NCBI GenBank assembly: GCA_046483495.1
Contig: JAWODC010000044.1
Span: forward strand, 32,001-96,000
Source of the DNA: Desulfobacterales bacterium
GTDB lineage: Bacteria; Desulfobacterota; Desulfobacteria; Desulfobacterales; UBA5616
Reading direction: 5' to 3'
DNA: 64,000 nucleotides
The position numbers and the translations under genes were made by a program. The stretch's first letter is position 1. Every line of letters starts with the position of its first letter. Positions 8,250 to 19,866 of this stretch are shown piece after piece. The notes under the pieces were generated by a model that saw only the letters and a program-made list of their open reading frames with translations, did no database searches and was not told the DNA's origin.

Positions 8250-11027
8250 TTGGATTTCAATGATAAGCGGTATATTGTCGGCATCGATTTGGGCACTACC
8301 AATTCCGCCGTTTCATTTGTGGATCTCGCCAATGCCGAAGAGGGCCGCGAAAAGGTCGAAATTTTTCATATTCCCCAGTTGACGGGAAAATCCGAAATCG
8401 GCCGACTGAATGTTCTGCCGTCGTTTTACTACATCCCTGGAACGTATGATATAGCTGAAGCCGCCATAAGGTTGCCCTGGCCCACCCGCAGCAATAATTT
8501 CGCCGGCCTTTATGCACGTGAGCAAGGGGCCAATGTGCCGTCACGGCTTGTTTCCTCTGCAAAGAGCTGGCTTTGCCACCGGGGGGTCGACCGAAAGGCC
8601 CGAATCCTGCCATGGGGAGCCGATGACGATGTTAAAAAAGTGTCTCCTGTCGAAGCCGGCGCCGCTTACCTCGAGCATATCCGTAAAGCGTGGAACAGCT
8701 ATCAGGAAGATGAGGACGGATTCCTCGAGAATCAGGAGGTCATCATCACTGTTCCGGCATCGTTTGACGAGGTGGCAAGAGATCTTACCGTTGAAAGTGC
8801 AAAGCTTGCCGGAATTCCGGAGTTTACGCTCCTGGAGGAACCCCTGGCGGCATTTTACAGCTGGCTGATGCAGCACGATGCGGATTGGCAAAACGTTGTG
8901 AAGCCTGACGACCTCATTCTGATTTGCGACGTCGGCGGCGGAACCACGGATTTTACGCTTATCACTTTGAAAGAAGAAGAGGGGGTGAGCGGGTTTGAAA
9001 GAATCGCCGTGGGGGATCATCTGATACTCGGCGGCGACAACATGGATGTCGCTCTTGCCGGACTGCTGGAAAAGAGGCTTTCTTCCACCCTTTCTCCGGA
9101 CCGATGGAAAGCATTGTGCAATCAATCCCGCCAGGCAAAAGAAGATATACTCGAAGGCTGCAGTGATGCCAAACGGATTACACTGGTTGGAAAGGGGCGA
9201 CAGCTGATCGCCGGAACACTGGCGGTCGATCTGCATCGTCAGGATGTGGAACATTGCGTTCTGGAAACATTTTTCCCCTTTGTCCGCGAAGATGATCCGA
9301 TACACGCGACGGATATCGACAAAAAAACAGAAGCGTTCGGCCTTCCATATGAACCAATCCAGGCCGTAACGCGGCATATCTCGTTTTTTTTGCAGCGCCA
9401 CCAGGCCGATATCAGACACGTCCTTAAGAAGGAAAAAAATATACCCGATCTCGTGCTGTTCAACGGCGGTGTTCTAAAACCGGGAATAATACGCGATCGA
9501 ATCATCCATGCCATCAGCCGATGGGACCGTTTGGAAGGCGGTCGAGAACCCCGGGTGATGGAGAATCCGTTTCCGGATCTGGCCGTTGCCATGGGAGCGT
9601 CTTACTACGGTCTGGTAAAGACGGGACGAGGCGTTCGAGTAGGAAGCGGGAGCGCAAGAGGGTATTATATGGGCGTTACCAAATCCGCCGAAGGCCCGGA
9701 TCATCAGCGGCACGCCATTTGCCTGGTCGAAAGAGGGCTGCAGGAGGGCACAAAAGTGACCCTGGAAAACACATATGACGTTTTGGCCAATCAACCGGTG
9801 GAATTCGATATGTACAGCTCGAGTTTCCGGGCCGGCGATGCCGTCGGTGATATCATCCCTGTGGATGATTCGTTGTCCCCTTTACCGTCCATTAAAACCG
9901 TAATCCAATTTGGACAGAAAAGCCGAAAAACGAAAATACCGGTTTTTATCGAAGCCGAATATACCGAAGTGGGAACCTTGTCCCTGTGGTGCCGATCGTT
10001 GGTTAGCCCCCATCGATGGCAACTGCAGTTCGACCTGAGAAATGTGGATCGCACACTGGAGATCAGGGATGAAACCGTATACGAAGAAACCACCGTCAAC
10101 GAGGTCCAGGAAACGGTAAGAGCCGCATTCGCCGCCCGGTCGACTATACATCCGCTCGATTCGTTGATGAAGGACATCGCAGGCATTATCGGACGCAAAA
10201 AGGACGACTGGCCGCTCGGGCTGATTCGAAAAATCGCCGATATATTGGTTGAAAACACGCAATGGCGCAAAGCCGGTCCGGATCATGAACGCCGGTGGTT
10301 GAACCTTGCGGGGTTTTGCCTTAGACCCGGATTTGGTGAAGGATTCGACGATCATCGTATGAAAAAAGTCTGGCGCATCTATGGAAAGGGACCCCTTCGC
10401 GCTAATCAACCCCAGGTTCGAACGGAATGGTGGGTCTTCTGGCGGCGTATTGCCGGTGGACTGAATGCGGGACAGCAGAAACAGATCATGCAGGATGCCG
10501 CTCATTGGGTGATGCCCAAAAAGGGAAAGGTCAAGAAGTTAACGCCACATGAGCGAATCGAGATTTGGATGGCCGCCGCGGCCATGGAACGGACGGTGGT
10601 GGACGAAAAGATCAAATGGGGTCGGTATTTTTTATCGGAGCTGAAACCGGGCAAATACATGATGCAGCAATTATGGTCTCTTTCCCGTCTGGGTGCCAGA
10701 GAGCTTTTATACGGTAGTGCAGACCGGGTCGTGCCGGTAAACGAGATTGGGTTATGGATACGCCGTCTGATGTCCCTGGACTGGAAAAATGATATTCCTG
10801 TGGTGAATGTTGTTGCTCAGATGGCCCGAAAGACAGGAGACCGAACGCGGGATCTGGATGATCGGCAGCGCGATGACATCCTGAATTGGGCGGCCTCGCA
10901 TGGAGCACCCGAATCGGTTCTGAAAATAGTAAAAAAGCCTGTTCCCATTGAAAAAGGCGAGAAAAATGTGTTATTTGGAGATGCTCTGCCTTCGGGGTTG
11001 GTATTGCGTGAAGGCCGGGATTACTGA
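8250..11027 (+). CDS. Atypical Hsp70-family protein with long C-terminal (DUF3731-like) domain
   Basis: GIDLGTTNS, TVPASF, LLEEPLAA, DVGGGTTD; C-terminal WLNLAGFCLRPGFG and GARELLYG; TTG start with GGAG SD. Confidence 0.9.
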   Translation: MDFNDKRYIVGIDLGTTNSAVSFVDLANAEEGREKVEIFHIPQLTGKSEIGRLNVLPSFYYIPGTYDIAEAAIRLPWPTRSNNFAGLYAREQGANVPSRLVSSAKSWLCHRGVDRKARILPWGADDDVKKVSPVEAGAAYLEHIRKAWNSYQEDEDGFLENQEVIITVPASFDEVARDLTVESAKLAGIPEFTLLEEPLAAFYSWLMQHDADWQNVVKPDDLILICDVGGGTTDFTLITLKEEEGVSGFERIAVGDHLILGGDNMDVALAGLLEKRLSSTLSPDRWKALCNQSRQAKEDILEGCSDAKRITLVGKGRQLIAGTLAVDLHRQDVEHCVLETFFPFVREDDPIHATDIDKKTEAFGLPYEPIQAVTRHISFFLQRHQADIRHVLKKEKNIPDLVLFNGGVLKPGIIRDRIIHAISRWDRLEGGREPRVMENPFPDLAVAMGASYYGLVKTGRGVRVGSGSARGYYMGVTKSAEGPDHQRHAICLVERGLQEGTKVTLENTYDVLANQPVEFDMYSSSFRAGDAVGDIIPVDDSLSPLPSIKTVIQFGQKSRKTKIPVFIEAEYTEVGTLSLWCRSLVSPHRWQLQFDLRNVDRTLEIRDETVYEETTVNEVQETVRAAFAARSTIHPLDSLMKDIAGIIGRKKDDWPLGLIRKIADILVENTQWRKAGPDHERRWLNLAGFCLRPGFGEGFDDHRMKKVWRIYGKGPLRANQPQVRTEWWVFWRRIAGGLNAGQQKQIMQDAAHWVMPKKGKVKKLTPHERIEIWMAAAAMERTVVDEKIKWGRYFLSELKPGKYMMQQLWSLSRLGARELLYGSADRVVPVNEIGLWIRRLMSLDWKNDIPVVNVVAQMARKTGDRTRDLDDRQRDDILNWAASHGAPESVLKIVKKPVPIEKGEKNVLFGDALPSGLVLREGRDY

Positions 11028-11052
11028 AGGTGGCTTCTTTTAGGAGAAAATA

Positions 11053-11568
11053 ATGCGCATCGGTATCGGGCATGATATTCACAAACTCGTGCCAAATCGA
11101 AAATTGATTCTCGGCGGCGTCGATATACCGTTTGTAAAAGGCCTGACGGGGCACTCGGACGCCGACGTACTGGTGCATGCGGTCTGTGATGCCCTGTTGG
11201 GAGCGGCTTCTTTGGGAGATATCGGAATGCATTTTCCGGACACGGACGACCGTTTTTTGAACATCGACAGCATCGAACTGCTGGGCCGAACGGGCCGCCT
11301 CCTGGAAAAACACGGATTTGCCGTAATCAACCTGGATGCCACCGTTTTTGCCGAATTCCCCAAACTGGGGGGCTATCGAAGCAGAATGGTGAAAAATATC
11401 GCTGAGGCCCTTCACATTCGAAAGGACCGGGTCAACGTGAAATTCACCACCACGGAAGGCTTGGGATTCGTTGGAAACGGATCCGGCATGATGGCGCATT
11501 GCATCGCCCTGATCACATCACGTTCAAACGACCGGACGTCATTTAAAGACCCGGCCCCGGGCATATGA
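11053..11568 (+). CDS. ispF: 2-C-methyl-D-erythritol 2,4-cyclodiphosphate synthase
   Basis: MRIGIGHDIH, GHSDADV, GDIGMHFPD, TTTEGLGF. Confidence 0.97.
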   Translation: MRIGIGHDIHKLVPNRKLILGGVDIPFVKGLTGHSDADVLVHAVCDALLGAASLGDIGMHFPDTDDRFLNIDSIELLGRTGRLLEKHGFAVINLDATVFAEFPKLGGYRSRMVKNIAEALHIRKDRVNVKFTTTEGLGFVGNGSGMMAHCIALITSRSNDRTSFKDPAPGI

Positions 11569-11674
11569 TGCGCCGAAAACATGCACTCCCAGGGCGAGGC
11601 GACAACCGGTAAGGGCAATTCGAAGTCAGCGGCAAAAACCAGGCCACTCAGCGTGTTAAAAGGATTTATGAAAA

Positions 11675-13120
11675 ATGTCTATACGGGTTTACAATACGAT
11701 GTCAGGCAAAAAGGAAACGTTTGAGCCGATGGAGCCCGGCAAAGTGAAGATGTACGTGTGTGGTCCTACGGTATACGATGCCTGTCATATCGGGCATGCA
11801 CGATCCGTTGTCGTATTCGATGTGATCACCCGGTATCTCAGGGCCGTCGGTTACGAGGTCCTCTACGTCCGGAACTTTACGGATATCGACGACAAAATCA
11901 TCAACAGGGCCCAACACTTAAACATTTCCACCGAGGTGCTGGCAAAACGGTACATCGAAGAATTTTACTCGGATATGGATGCGCTGAATGCCGCCCGGCC
12001 CACACGGGAGCCGAAAGCCACCGACCATATCGATGACATTATCACCGTGATCGAAAGGCTGATGGATAAGGGGCTGGCCTATACAAGCGGCCGGGACGTC
12101 TATTTCGCAGTGGATCGCTTCAATGATTATGGAAAGCTGTCCGGCAGGAAACCGGAGGATATGATCGCCGGCGCCAGGGTCGAGGTCGATCCGGGGAAGC
12201 GAAACCCTCTGGATTTTGTCTTATGGAAAAGTGCAAAACCCGGAGAACCAAAATGGGAAAGTCCATGGGGGGAGGGGCGCCCCGGGTGGCATATTGAATG
12301 CTCGGCCATGAGCAGCGCATTTTTGGGAGAAACATTCGATATACACGGCGGCGGCAAGGATTTGATTTTTCCGCATCATGAAAATGAAATCGCCCAATCG
12401 GAGGGGGCGTTCGGCAAACCCTTTGCCCGGTATTGGATACACAACGGCTTCGTCAATATCGACAAAGAAAAGATGTCGAAATCCTTAAATAATTTTTTAA
12501 TGATCAAAGATGCGATCAAATCGTATCATCCGGAGGCCGTGCGCTTGTTTTTGCTTTCGAACCATTACCGAAGCCCCATTGACTATTCGCAGGCTGCGAT
12601 GGAGGATGCAGGCGCCGGATTGGACAGGCTTTATACGCTGATCGGACGATTGGACGAGGCCTTATCCGGCATGCCTCGAGACGGAGGAGAACCTGACGAT
12701 GGCGATACGTGGAAACGATTCCGATCGGCCATGGATGATGATTTCAATACGGCACAGGGCATCGGCATTCTGTTCGATGCAGCCCGGACTGCAAACCGCA
12801 TATTGGACGAGGCCGCCGGAAATCCGTCGGAGAAAAACATCCGGCTGTTGCAGGCAATTCGAAACGATATCGAGCGCATCGGATCGGTTTTGGGAATCCT
12901 GTCCCATTCGCCGGACGTTTATTTCGATCAGAAAAAAAACCTGGTCCTGGAGAAAGAAGCCCTGGACCCGGCGGAAATTGAACGACTCATCAGTGAAAGA
13001 AACACGGCACGAAAACAGAAAGAATGGGCCAAAGCCGACGGCATTCGGCAAACCCTTGCCGAAAAAAACATTATTCTGGAAGACCGGCCCGACGGGACCA
13101 TTTGGAAAGTAAAAGATTAA
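11675..13120 (+). CDS. cysS: Cysteine--tRNA ligase
   Basis: [32 protein letters not shown]. Confidence 0.98.
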   Translation: MSIRVYNTMSGKKETFEPMEPGKVKMYVCGPTVYDACHIGHARSVVVFDVITRYLRAVGYEVLYVRNFTDIDDKIINRAQHLNISTEVLAKRYIEEFYSDMDALNAARPTREPKATDHIDDIITVIERLMDKGLAYTSGRDVYFAVDRFNDYGKLSGRKPEDMIAGARVEVDPGKRNPLDFVLWKSAKPGEPKWESPWGEGRPGWHIECSAMSSAFLGETFDIHGGGKDLIFPHHENEIAQSEGAFGKPFARYWIHNGFVNIDKEKMSKSLNNFLMIKDAIKSYHPEAVRLFLLSNHYRSPIDYSQAAMEDAGAGLDRLYTLIGRLDEALSGMPRDGGEPDDGDTWKRFRSAMDDDFNTAQGIGILFDAARTANRILDEAAGNPSEKNIRLLQAIRNDIERIGSVLGILSHSPDVYFDQKKNLVLEKEALDPAEIERLISERNTARKQKEWAKADGIRQTLAEKNIILEDRPDGTIWKVKD

Positions 13121-15114
13121 TGACCGATTTTACACTTGTATCGAACTTCAATCCCACAGGGGACCAACCCGGCGCCATTGAAACGTTGAGCCGCAATGTA
13201 CGTGAAAATAAAAAACATCAGGTGCTTCTCGGTGTTACAGGATCGGGAAAAACGTTTACCATGGCACATGTCATCGCTAATATCGGAAAACCTGTTCTGG
13301 TGATCGCGCCGAATAAGACACTGGCTGCTCAGCTTTACAACGAATTCAAATCCTTTTTCCCCGAGAATGCCGTTGAATATTTTGTCAGCTACTATGATTA
13401 CTATCAGCCCGAAGCGTATATCCCGGCAAGCGACACCTATATCCAGAAGGACTCCTCCATCAACGAAATGATCGACAAGCTGCGCCATTCCGCCACCCGC
13501 TCCGTTCTCTCGAGACGGGATGTCATCGTCGTCGCCAGTGTATCCTGCATTTTCGGGCTCGGCGCTCCGGAAGATTACCTGAATATGCGGGTCGTGGTGA
13601 AAAAGGATATGGCCAAAAACCGGGATGCACTGCTGGCGGATCTGATTGCGATACATTATGAGCGAAACGACATCGATTTTTATCGCGGCGTGTTCAGGGT
13701 AAGGGGAGACCGGGTGGAAATTTTTCCCGCCTATGAAGAAAATCTGGCCATCCGAATCGATTTTTTTGGTGATGATATCGATCAAATCGCCGAAATAGAT
13801 CCCCTGAGAGGAACCGTGAGGCGCTTGCTGCAATCGGCAACCATTTATCCCGCCAGCCACTTCGTCACAGGACGGAAGACGCTTGAACGGGCGCGGGAAA
13901 CGATCTTGTCCGAACTCAAGGATCGAATCGCCTATTTCAGAAATGAAAGCCTGCTCATCGAAGCCCAGCGAATCGAGGAACGTACACATTTCGATCTTGA
14001 AATGATGATGGAGCTCGGGTATTGCAACGGCATCGAAAACTATTCACGGCACCTCACCCGAAGAAGACCCGGTGAACCCCCGCCGACGCTGCTGGACTAT
14101 TTTCCGGATGATTTTATCACGATAATCGATGAAAGCCATATCGCCGTCCCACAGATTCGGGGCATGTACAACGGCGACCGTGCCCGAAAAGAAACGCTGG
14201 TCCGATATGGTTTTCGGTTGCCCTCCGCCCTGGACAACCGCCCCCTTCGGTTCGATGAATTTAAATCCAAGGTCAATCAGGTCATCCATGTCTCGGCGAC
14301 TCCGGCCGAATACGAGTTGGAAAACGCCGGAAACGATGTCGTGGAACAGATTGTCAGGCCGACCGGTCTCATCGACCCGGAAATTATCGTGAAGAAAGCC
14401 ACCCATCAGGTGGATGACCTCTACGAGGAAATTCTACGCCGAAAAAACAACGGGGATCGTGTCCTGGTCACCACACTGACAAAGCGAATGGCTGAGGATC
14501 TGACGGAGTATTACGCCGATTTGGGTGTTCGGGTCCGGTATCTGCATTCCGACATCAGCACCTTGGAGCGGATGGATATCATCCGTGAATTGCGGATGGG
14601 GGCTTTCGATGTGCTGGTCGGCATCAATCTCTTGAGAGAGGGACTGGACATACCGGAAGTGTCGTTGGTCGCCATCCTGGATGCCGATAAGGAAGGCTTT
14701 CTCAGGTCGGAACGGTCTCTGATTCAAACCTGCGGTCGGGCTGCCCGGAATGTTTCAGGGCAAATCATCATGTATGCCGATACCATAACCCGTTCCATGC
14801 AGCACGCAATCGATGAAACCGATCGGCGGCGAAAAATTCAAAAGGCGTATAACCGTTTGCATAATATAACTCCCGCCTCCATACAAAAGGATATATCCTC
14901 CATTTTTGAAAGGGTGTTCGAAGAAGACTACGTGACCGTACCCAAAGTAGAAGAGCCGACCGCCCCGTTCGAATCGATCGAGAATGTCGACCTTATGATA
15001 CGAAACCTCGAAAAGGAGATGAAAAAAGCCGCCAGAAAACTTGAATTCGAGAAAGCAGCCGAACTCCGGGACCGAATAAAATCACTGAAGCAGCGGCTGG
15101 TGTTTGACCTATGA
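13120..15114 (+). CDS. uvrB: Excinuclease ABC subunit B
   Basis: [39 protein letters not shown]-terminal UVR coil. Start at MTDF (TAATG overlap with cysS). Confidence 0.98.
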   Translation: MTDFTLVSNFNPTGDQPGAIETLSRNVRENKKHQVLLGVTGSGKTFTMAHVIANIGKPVLVIAPNKTLAAQLYNEFKSFFPENAVEYFVSYYDYYQPEAYIPASDTYIQKDSSINEMIDKLRHSATRSVLSRRDVIVVASVSCIFGLGAPEDYLNMRVVVKKDMAKNRDALLADLIAIHYERNDIDFYRGVFRVRGDRVEIFPAYEENLAIRIDFFGDDIDQIAEIDPLRGTVRRLLQSATIYPASHFVTGRKTLERARETILSELKDRIAYFRNESLLIEAQRIEERTHFDLEMMMELGYCNGIENYSRHLTRRRPGEPPPTLLDYFPDDFITIIDESHIAVPQIRGMYNGDRARKETLVRYGFRLPSALDNRPLRFDEFKSKVNQVIHVSATPAEYELENAGNDVVEQIVRPTGLIDPEIIVKKATHQVDDLYEEILRRKNNGDRVLVTTLTKRMAEDLTEYYADLGVRVRYLHSDISTLERMDIIRELRMGAFDVLVGINLLREGLDIPEVSLVAILDADKEGFLRSERSLIQTCGRAARNVSGQIIMYADTITRSMQHAIDETDRRRKIQKAYNRLHNITPASIQKDISSIFERVFEEDYVTVPKVEEPTAPFESIENVDLMIRNLEKEMKKAARKLEFEKAAELRDRIKSLKQRLVFDL

Positions 15115-16940
15115 ACGATTTTGTGATGGAAAAAGCCGCCCACACGCCTTCCGATTCCGGCGTCTACCTCATGAAAGATGCCGACGGCCGCGTTATCTAC
15201 GTGGGTAAGGCCCTGAATTTGAAAAAAAGGCTGGCCTCCTATTTTATTCGCAACGGACGTAAAGATGCAAAGACCTCCGTCTTGTTGAAGCATGTCGTTG
15301 ACTTAGAGACCATCATCACAGGCACCGAAAAAGAGGCTCTGATTCTCGAATCCAATCTCATTAAGAAATACAGGCCCCGCTACAATGTCGTCCTGAAGGA
15401 TGACAAGCGATATCCCTCCCTCATGATCGATTACAGGGAGGATTTTCCGAATATACGTGTCGTCCGAAAAGTTAAAAATGACGGCTGCATTTATTTCGGA
15501 CCGTTTTCTTCCGCACAGGCGGTAAGGGACACCCTGAAATTCATTCACAAGACGTTTAAGATCCGCAAGTGCAAATCCGAGCTGATTGAGCATCGCGACC
15601 GTCCGTGTCTCAATTATCAAATGAACACATGTCTTGCACCGTGCTGCATGAAGGTTTCCAAAGACGTGTACCGACAGATGATCGATGATGTTGTGCTGTT
15701 TCTCAGAGGGAAAGCACCCGACCTCATTCGAAAAATAAAATCAGAAATGACGAGCGCCGCTGAAAACAACAATTTTGAAAAAGCAGCTGAACTTCGTGAC
15801 AGAATGTTCGCCCTGGAAAAAACGCTCGAAAAGCAAGTTGCGGCGACTTCCGATTTTAAAGACCGCGACGTGATCGGGCTGGCATCGGACGGCCTTCTTT
15901 CGACGATTACCCTGTTGACGGTTCGAAACGGTTTTCTGAAAGGCGCCGGAAACTTTCATTTTAACGAAAGCGCGGAAACGCCGGCCGAACGGGTTGCCTC
16001 TTTTATTAAACAATACTACGAAAAATTCCATTTTTCACCGGAGGAAATTTTGCTGTCGATACCTCTGCCGTCGTCCGGTATTCTCGAAGACGTTTTGGCC
16101 GCCATTCTTCATAAAAAAATACGAATTAGACACCCATATCGCGGTGAAAAAAAGCGTTTGGTGGAAATGGCGGTTCAAAATGCCCAAACCGCGCTTCGGG
16201 ATGCCAAATCCTCGGGTGCGGCAGCGGAGGAGATTTTGAAAAGGCTGCAGTGGCGCCTTGACTTGCAGCGGCTACCGAACCGCATCGAATGCATCGACAA
16301 TTCCAATATTTCGGGCGATAGTGCCGCGGCGGCGATGGTTGTCTTTGAAAAGGGTATTCCCAAAAAATCCGATTATCGGAAATATCACATTAAAACGGTT
16401 CAAAAGCCGGATGACTATGCCACCATGTGGGAAATTCTGCACCGTCGATTCGTTAAGCACGGCTGGAAAACATCCGAAGATCCTTTGCCGGATCTGCTGA
16501 TCGTCGACGGCGGCAAAGGCCAGTTGAATATCGCCGTCGATGTGGTGACCGCACTGGGCCTTTACAACCGCTTCGATATTATTTCAATTGCCAAAAAAGA
16601 TGAAACGAAAGGGGAGGGCGAAGATAAGGTTTACAAGCCGAAGCGCGCCAATGCGGTTGCATTCGGAAAAGAGCACGATCTGCTCCTTTTCATTCAGCGG
16701 ATCAGGGACGAGTCACACCGGTTTGCCATCACGTTTCACCGTCGAAAAAGCAGAAACCGAGTCCTGCAATCCGAATTGGACGGCATTCCGGGGGTCGGCA
16801 TGAAAAGAAAAAAAAACCTACTCAGGCATTTCAAAGGCATTCGGCGGATCGGGGCGGCTTCGATCGATGAATTGTGCCGGGTCCCCGGGATGAACCGCAA
16901 GGCCGCTGAATCAGTGTATTCTGCATTCCACAAAGGGTAA
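15111..16940 (+). CDS. uvrC: Excinuclease ABC subunit C
   Basis: GIY-YIG (GVYLM..IYVGKA), [28 protein letters not shown]-terminal HhH. Confidence 0.98.
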   Translation: MNDFVMEKAAHTPSDSGVYLMKDADGRVIYVGKALNLKKRLASYFIRNGRKDAKTSVLLKHVVDLETIITGTEKEALILESNLIKKYRPRYNVVLKDDKRYPSLMIDYREDFPNIRVVRKVKNDGCIYFGPFSSAQAVRDTLKFIHKTFKIRKCKSELIEHRDRPCLNYQMNTCLAPCCMKVSKDVYRQMIDDVVLFLRGKAPDLIRKIKSEMTSAAENNNFEKAAELRDRMFALEKTLEKQVAATSDFKDRDVIGLASDGLLSTITLLTVRNGFLKGAGNFHFNESAETPAERVASFIKQYYEKFHFSPEEILLSIPLPSSGILEDVLAAILHKKIRIRHPYRGEKKRLVEMAVQNAQTALRDAKSSGAAAEEILKRLQWRLDLQRLPNRIECIDNSNISGDSAAAAMVVFEKGIPKKSDYRKYHIKTVQKPDDYATMWEILHRRFVKHGWKTSEDPLPDLLIVDGGKGQLNIAVDVVTALGLYNRFDIISIAKKDETKGEGEDKVYKPKRANAVAFGKEHDLLLFIQRIRDESHRFAITFHRRKSRNRVLQSELDGIPGVGMKRKKNLLRHFKGIRRIGAASIDELCRVPGMNRKAAESVYSAFHKG

Positions 16941-16958
16941 AACCGGACATCGGCTCGG

Positions 16959-16996
16959 CTCCGCCATTCCGCCCTCGAAAGAGGGCGGGAGTGGAG
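16959..16996. terminator. GC-rich hairpin between convergent uvrC and mdh
   Basis: ttccgccctc-GAAA-gagggcggga stem-loop, extendable to ctcc...ggag; no clear U-tract. Confidence 0.55.
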
Positions 16997-17004
16997 GAAA
17001 CCTT

Positions 17005-17046
17005 GCCTTAACCTGAAACGAATTTTCTCATTTCCGGATGGGTATT
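17005..17046. repeat. Remnant end of the palindromic element at 36442-36583
   Basis: gcctt-N9-cgaattttctc-att-tccggatgg matches the reverse complement of the element's left end (gcctt-N9-cgaattttctc-tccggatgg). Confidence 0.7.
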
Positions 17047-17097
17047 TTCCAAGCCGACAACGCCATGGCAGGCAACGCTTGAACAGTGCTGAAAAGG

Positions 17098-18033
17098 TTA
17101 AACACCGAGTTCTGCCAACTTATCTTTTAATTCCTGCACGGCATCAGCCGATTTTTTAAGTGCGGCTTTTTCATCTTCCGTCAGATTGATCTCGATAATT
17201 TTTTCAACACCATTCGCACCCAGTTTTACCGGAACGCCGATAAACAGGTCCTTAAATCCGTATTCACCCTCGAGATACACGGCACACGGCAGAATTTTCT
17301 TCTTGTCCTTCAAAATCGCTTCAGCCATTTCAACCGCGGCGGAGGATGGGGCATAATACGCGCTGCCGGTTTTGAGGAGTTTGACGATTTCAGCCCCGCC
17401 GTTGGCCGTTCGCTCTACAAGCGCATCGATGCGTTCTTTCGATATAAATTCGGTGATGGGAACACCTGCAACGGTTGAATACCTCGGCAGCGGCACCATG
17501 GTGTCACCATGGCCGCCCAGTACGAAGGCATGCGTATTTTCAACAGACACATCGAGTTCCATGGAAATAAAGGCCCTGAAGCGTGCCGAATCCAGTACAC
17601 CCGCCATTCCGACGACCTTGTTTTTCTTGAAGCCGCTGACTTCGTAGGCGACATGGCACATGGCATCGAGAGGATTGCTTACGATGATGAGAACTGCGTC
17701 CGGGGATTGCTTTGCCACTTCAGCGGTAACGCTTTTCATAATACCGGCGTTTGTGCTGATCAGATCGTCCCGGCTCATGCCCGGTTTCCTTGGTATTCCG
17801 GCCGTGATGATAACGATATCCGATCCCTCGGATTCATCATAAGAATTGGTGCCGATTATGGTTGCGTCATGCTTCTCCACCGGGGCCGCTTCCGCCAGAT
17901 CCAGCCCCTTGCCTTGTGGCACACCCTCGATGATATCGACAAGAACGACGTCGGCCAGTTCTTTCTCAGCAATCCTTTGGGCCGCCGTAGCCCCGACATT
18001 TCCCGCTCCTACTACCGTCACTTTTTTATCCAT
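17098..18033 (-). CDS. mdh: Malate dehydrogenase (LDH-like)
   Basis: [43 protein letters not shown]. Confidence 0.97.
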   Translation of the reverse strand: MDKKVTVVGAGNVGATAAQRIAEKELADVVLVDIIEGVPQGKGLDLAEAAPVEKHDATIIGTNSYDESEGSDIVIITAGIPRKPGMSRDDLISTNAGIMKSVTAEVAKQSPDAVLIIVSNPLDAMCHVAYEVSGFKKNKVVGMAGVLDSARFRAFISMELDVSVENTHAFVLGGHGDTMVPLPRYSTVAGVPITEFISKERIDALVERTANGGAEIVKLLKTGSAYYAPSSAAVEMAEAILKDKKKILPCAVYLEGEYGFKDLFIGVPVKLGANGVEKIIEINLTEDEKAALKKSADAVQELKDKLAELGV

Positions 18034-18247
18034 ACGTTGATTCTCCTTACCCGAATATATAAATATACAGTAATGTTGATAATGTTCGGACCTGATGTGC
18101 TGTTTCTGTCAAAAACTTTGGATAACCAGTGTACTTGCGATTGTCAACAGAATAATTTCATGATAGATGTCAAAAAATTTAATAGTTCCTGTCATGATTC
18201 AACCGGACCGACAGGTATGCTGTTCGACCTGACAGCACTTTCATTTG

Positions 18248-18277
18248 TTGACAAAGATATGGTTTTCACGTTAAGTT
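18248..18277 (+). promoter_or_regulatory. Putative sigma70 promoter for the TPR/MglA cassette
   Basis: TTGACA at 18248-18253 with a TAAGTT-like -10 after 18 nt. Confidence 0.4.
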
Positions 18278-18358
18278 CCTTCGAAAAAAAAAGATCTAAC
18301 TTACTGATAAATGGTGTAAACCATATATCCGGAGGTGATTTTTCTCGAGGGCTGTCCC

Positions 18359-19138
18359 ATGAATTTTAAAGCAAAAATCAAATCCTTGATCAAGGAAGCG
18401 GAGTTTTATCGCGCACAGGGCCTGCTGAAAGAAGCGAAAGTATCCTATGAAAAGATAATTGAATTGGTGAACCGCAACCTGGCGCCTTCCGCCGGGAAGA
18501 AACTCATCGACCATATATCGTCTAAAATCAAGGAATTGGAAAAGGAGCGCCGCAGGGTCGAAAAAAAAGTGCTTTCACCGCAGATGACAAGAGAATCACA
18601 AGACCTGATTACACAAATGTTCCAGGCCGCAGATGGTGACGACGAGAGCGCAGCGGCACTCGAAGGCGCAAAGGCATTGTTGAAGTTCGGACAATTCGAC
18701 CGTGCCAAAGAGGAGTTGACAAAGCTTCTGGCATTTGAATCCAGGCGGTTGGAAGCGGCAAGGCATATCATTCACTGCCTTTTCCTCGAATCCAGATATG
18801 ACGATGCCGTAATGCAATACCGCGATTGGCTGAACAGTAATCTTTTTACTTCCCACCAGCTCGACGTGCTGAAAAATTTTATGGAAAAAACATTCAAATA
18901 CAAAGGAATGCAAAAAAGGCTCCCCGAGATGACGGCGGATCAAGACAACATCATCGAACTAAACCTGAAGAAGCTGCAAAAACAAAACTCGCCATTGGAA
19001 GAAGAAGCCGATCAACCGAAAAGGACCGAAGCGGGCGGCAAGTCGGACGGGACAACCGAAAAGGACAACGAAGATTTCGAAGAGTTCGATATTCTGGCAT
19101 CCATCAAAAAATCCGGCAAATCGGAGAATAAGAATTGA
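18359..19138 (+). CDS. TPR-like alpha-helical protein with acidic tail
   Basis: AEFYRAQGLLKEAKVSYEKII and AKALLKFGQFDRAKEELTKLL are TPR-like repeats; start placed at MNFKAK. Confidence 0.75.
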   Translation: MNFKAKIKSLIKEAEFYRAQGLLKEAKVSYEKIIELVNRNLAPSAGKKLIDHISSKIKELEKERRRVEKKVLSPQMTRESQDLITQMFQAADGDDESAAALEGAKALLKFGQFDRAKEELTKLLAFESRRLEAARHIIHCLFLESRYDDAVMQYRDWLNSNLFTSHQLDVLKNFMEKTFKYKGMQKRLPEMTADQDNIIELNLKKLQKQNSPLEEEADQPKRTEAGGKSDGTTEKDNEDFEEFDILASIKKSGKSENKN

Positions 19139-19251
19139 AAAACCGGCAAGCGTCTGCTTTCATCGATACGAAACTTGAAAATCCATGTTTTGACTGCAAA
19201 CGAAGAAGGCCCTTTTCATTTCACATGTAAATTTCGGGCGTGGAGCTATCT

Positions 19252-19866
19252 ATGGCAGTTTTGAACCTGAAGAACCGCGAAATCGAATGCAAAATTGTTT
19301 ATTACGGGCCTGGAAGGTGCGGCAAAACAACGAATTTGGAATACACCTACAAAACATTTAAAAAGCAGATCGCCGGTGATATGGTAAGCATCAATACGGA
19401 AGGAGACCGTACACTGTTTTTTGATTTTCTGCCTATAGGACTCGGCAAAATAAAAGGGTGTGATGTGCGCGTTCAGTTGTATACGGTTCCGGGGCAAGTC
19501 AAGTATTCATCCACCCGGAAGCTGGTGCTGAAAGGTGTTGACGGCGTGGTTTTCGTGGCCGACTCGCTTAAAGTCCGGCGGGAAAAGAATATGCTTTCGT
19601 TGAAAGATCTTCAGTCGAACCTTAAGGAATACGGCATCAGCATCTTTAGAATCCCTCTTGTACTGCAATATAACAAGCGTGATCTGGCAGATGAAGGACT
19701 TCCGATTATGGCTGTCGATCAGATGGAAAGGGATTTGAACCGGCAGTTGAACATTCCCTCTTTTCCGGCAAGCGCGATAACCGGAGAGGGCGTTGGAAAG
19801 ACGTTAACGGAATGCTTGAAACTGACACTGGTATCACTCCAGAAGCAATTTAAGTGGGCCCAATGA
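19252..19866 (+). CDS. mglA: MglA-family small Ras-like GTPase
   Basis: KIVYYGPGRCGKTTNL, RTLFFDF, LYTVPGQ, LKGVDGVVFVADS, QYNKRDL; GGAG SD before MAVLN. Confidence 0.92.
   Translation: MAVLNLKNREIECKIVYYGPGRCGKTTNLEYTYKTFKKQIAGDMVSINTEGDRTLFFDFLPIGLGKIKGCDVRVQLYTVPGQVKYSSTRKLVLKGVDGVVFVADSLKVRREKNMLSLKDLQSNLKEYGISIFRIPLVLQYNKRDLADEGLPIMAVDQMERDLNRQLNIPSFPASAITGEGVGKTLTECLKLTLVSLQKQFKWAQ

Noticed and set aside
11569..11674. T-box leader before cysS
   Set aside because: Too short, and no T-box antiterminator consensus or terminator.
13024..13119. Longer ORF-track starts (uvrB 13024, queC 43592, ispA 30720, helicase 50025, crotonase 43118)
   Set aside because: The extensions overlap upstream genes or AT-rich intergenic DNA and lack family similarity, so downstream starts were chosen.
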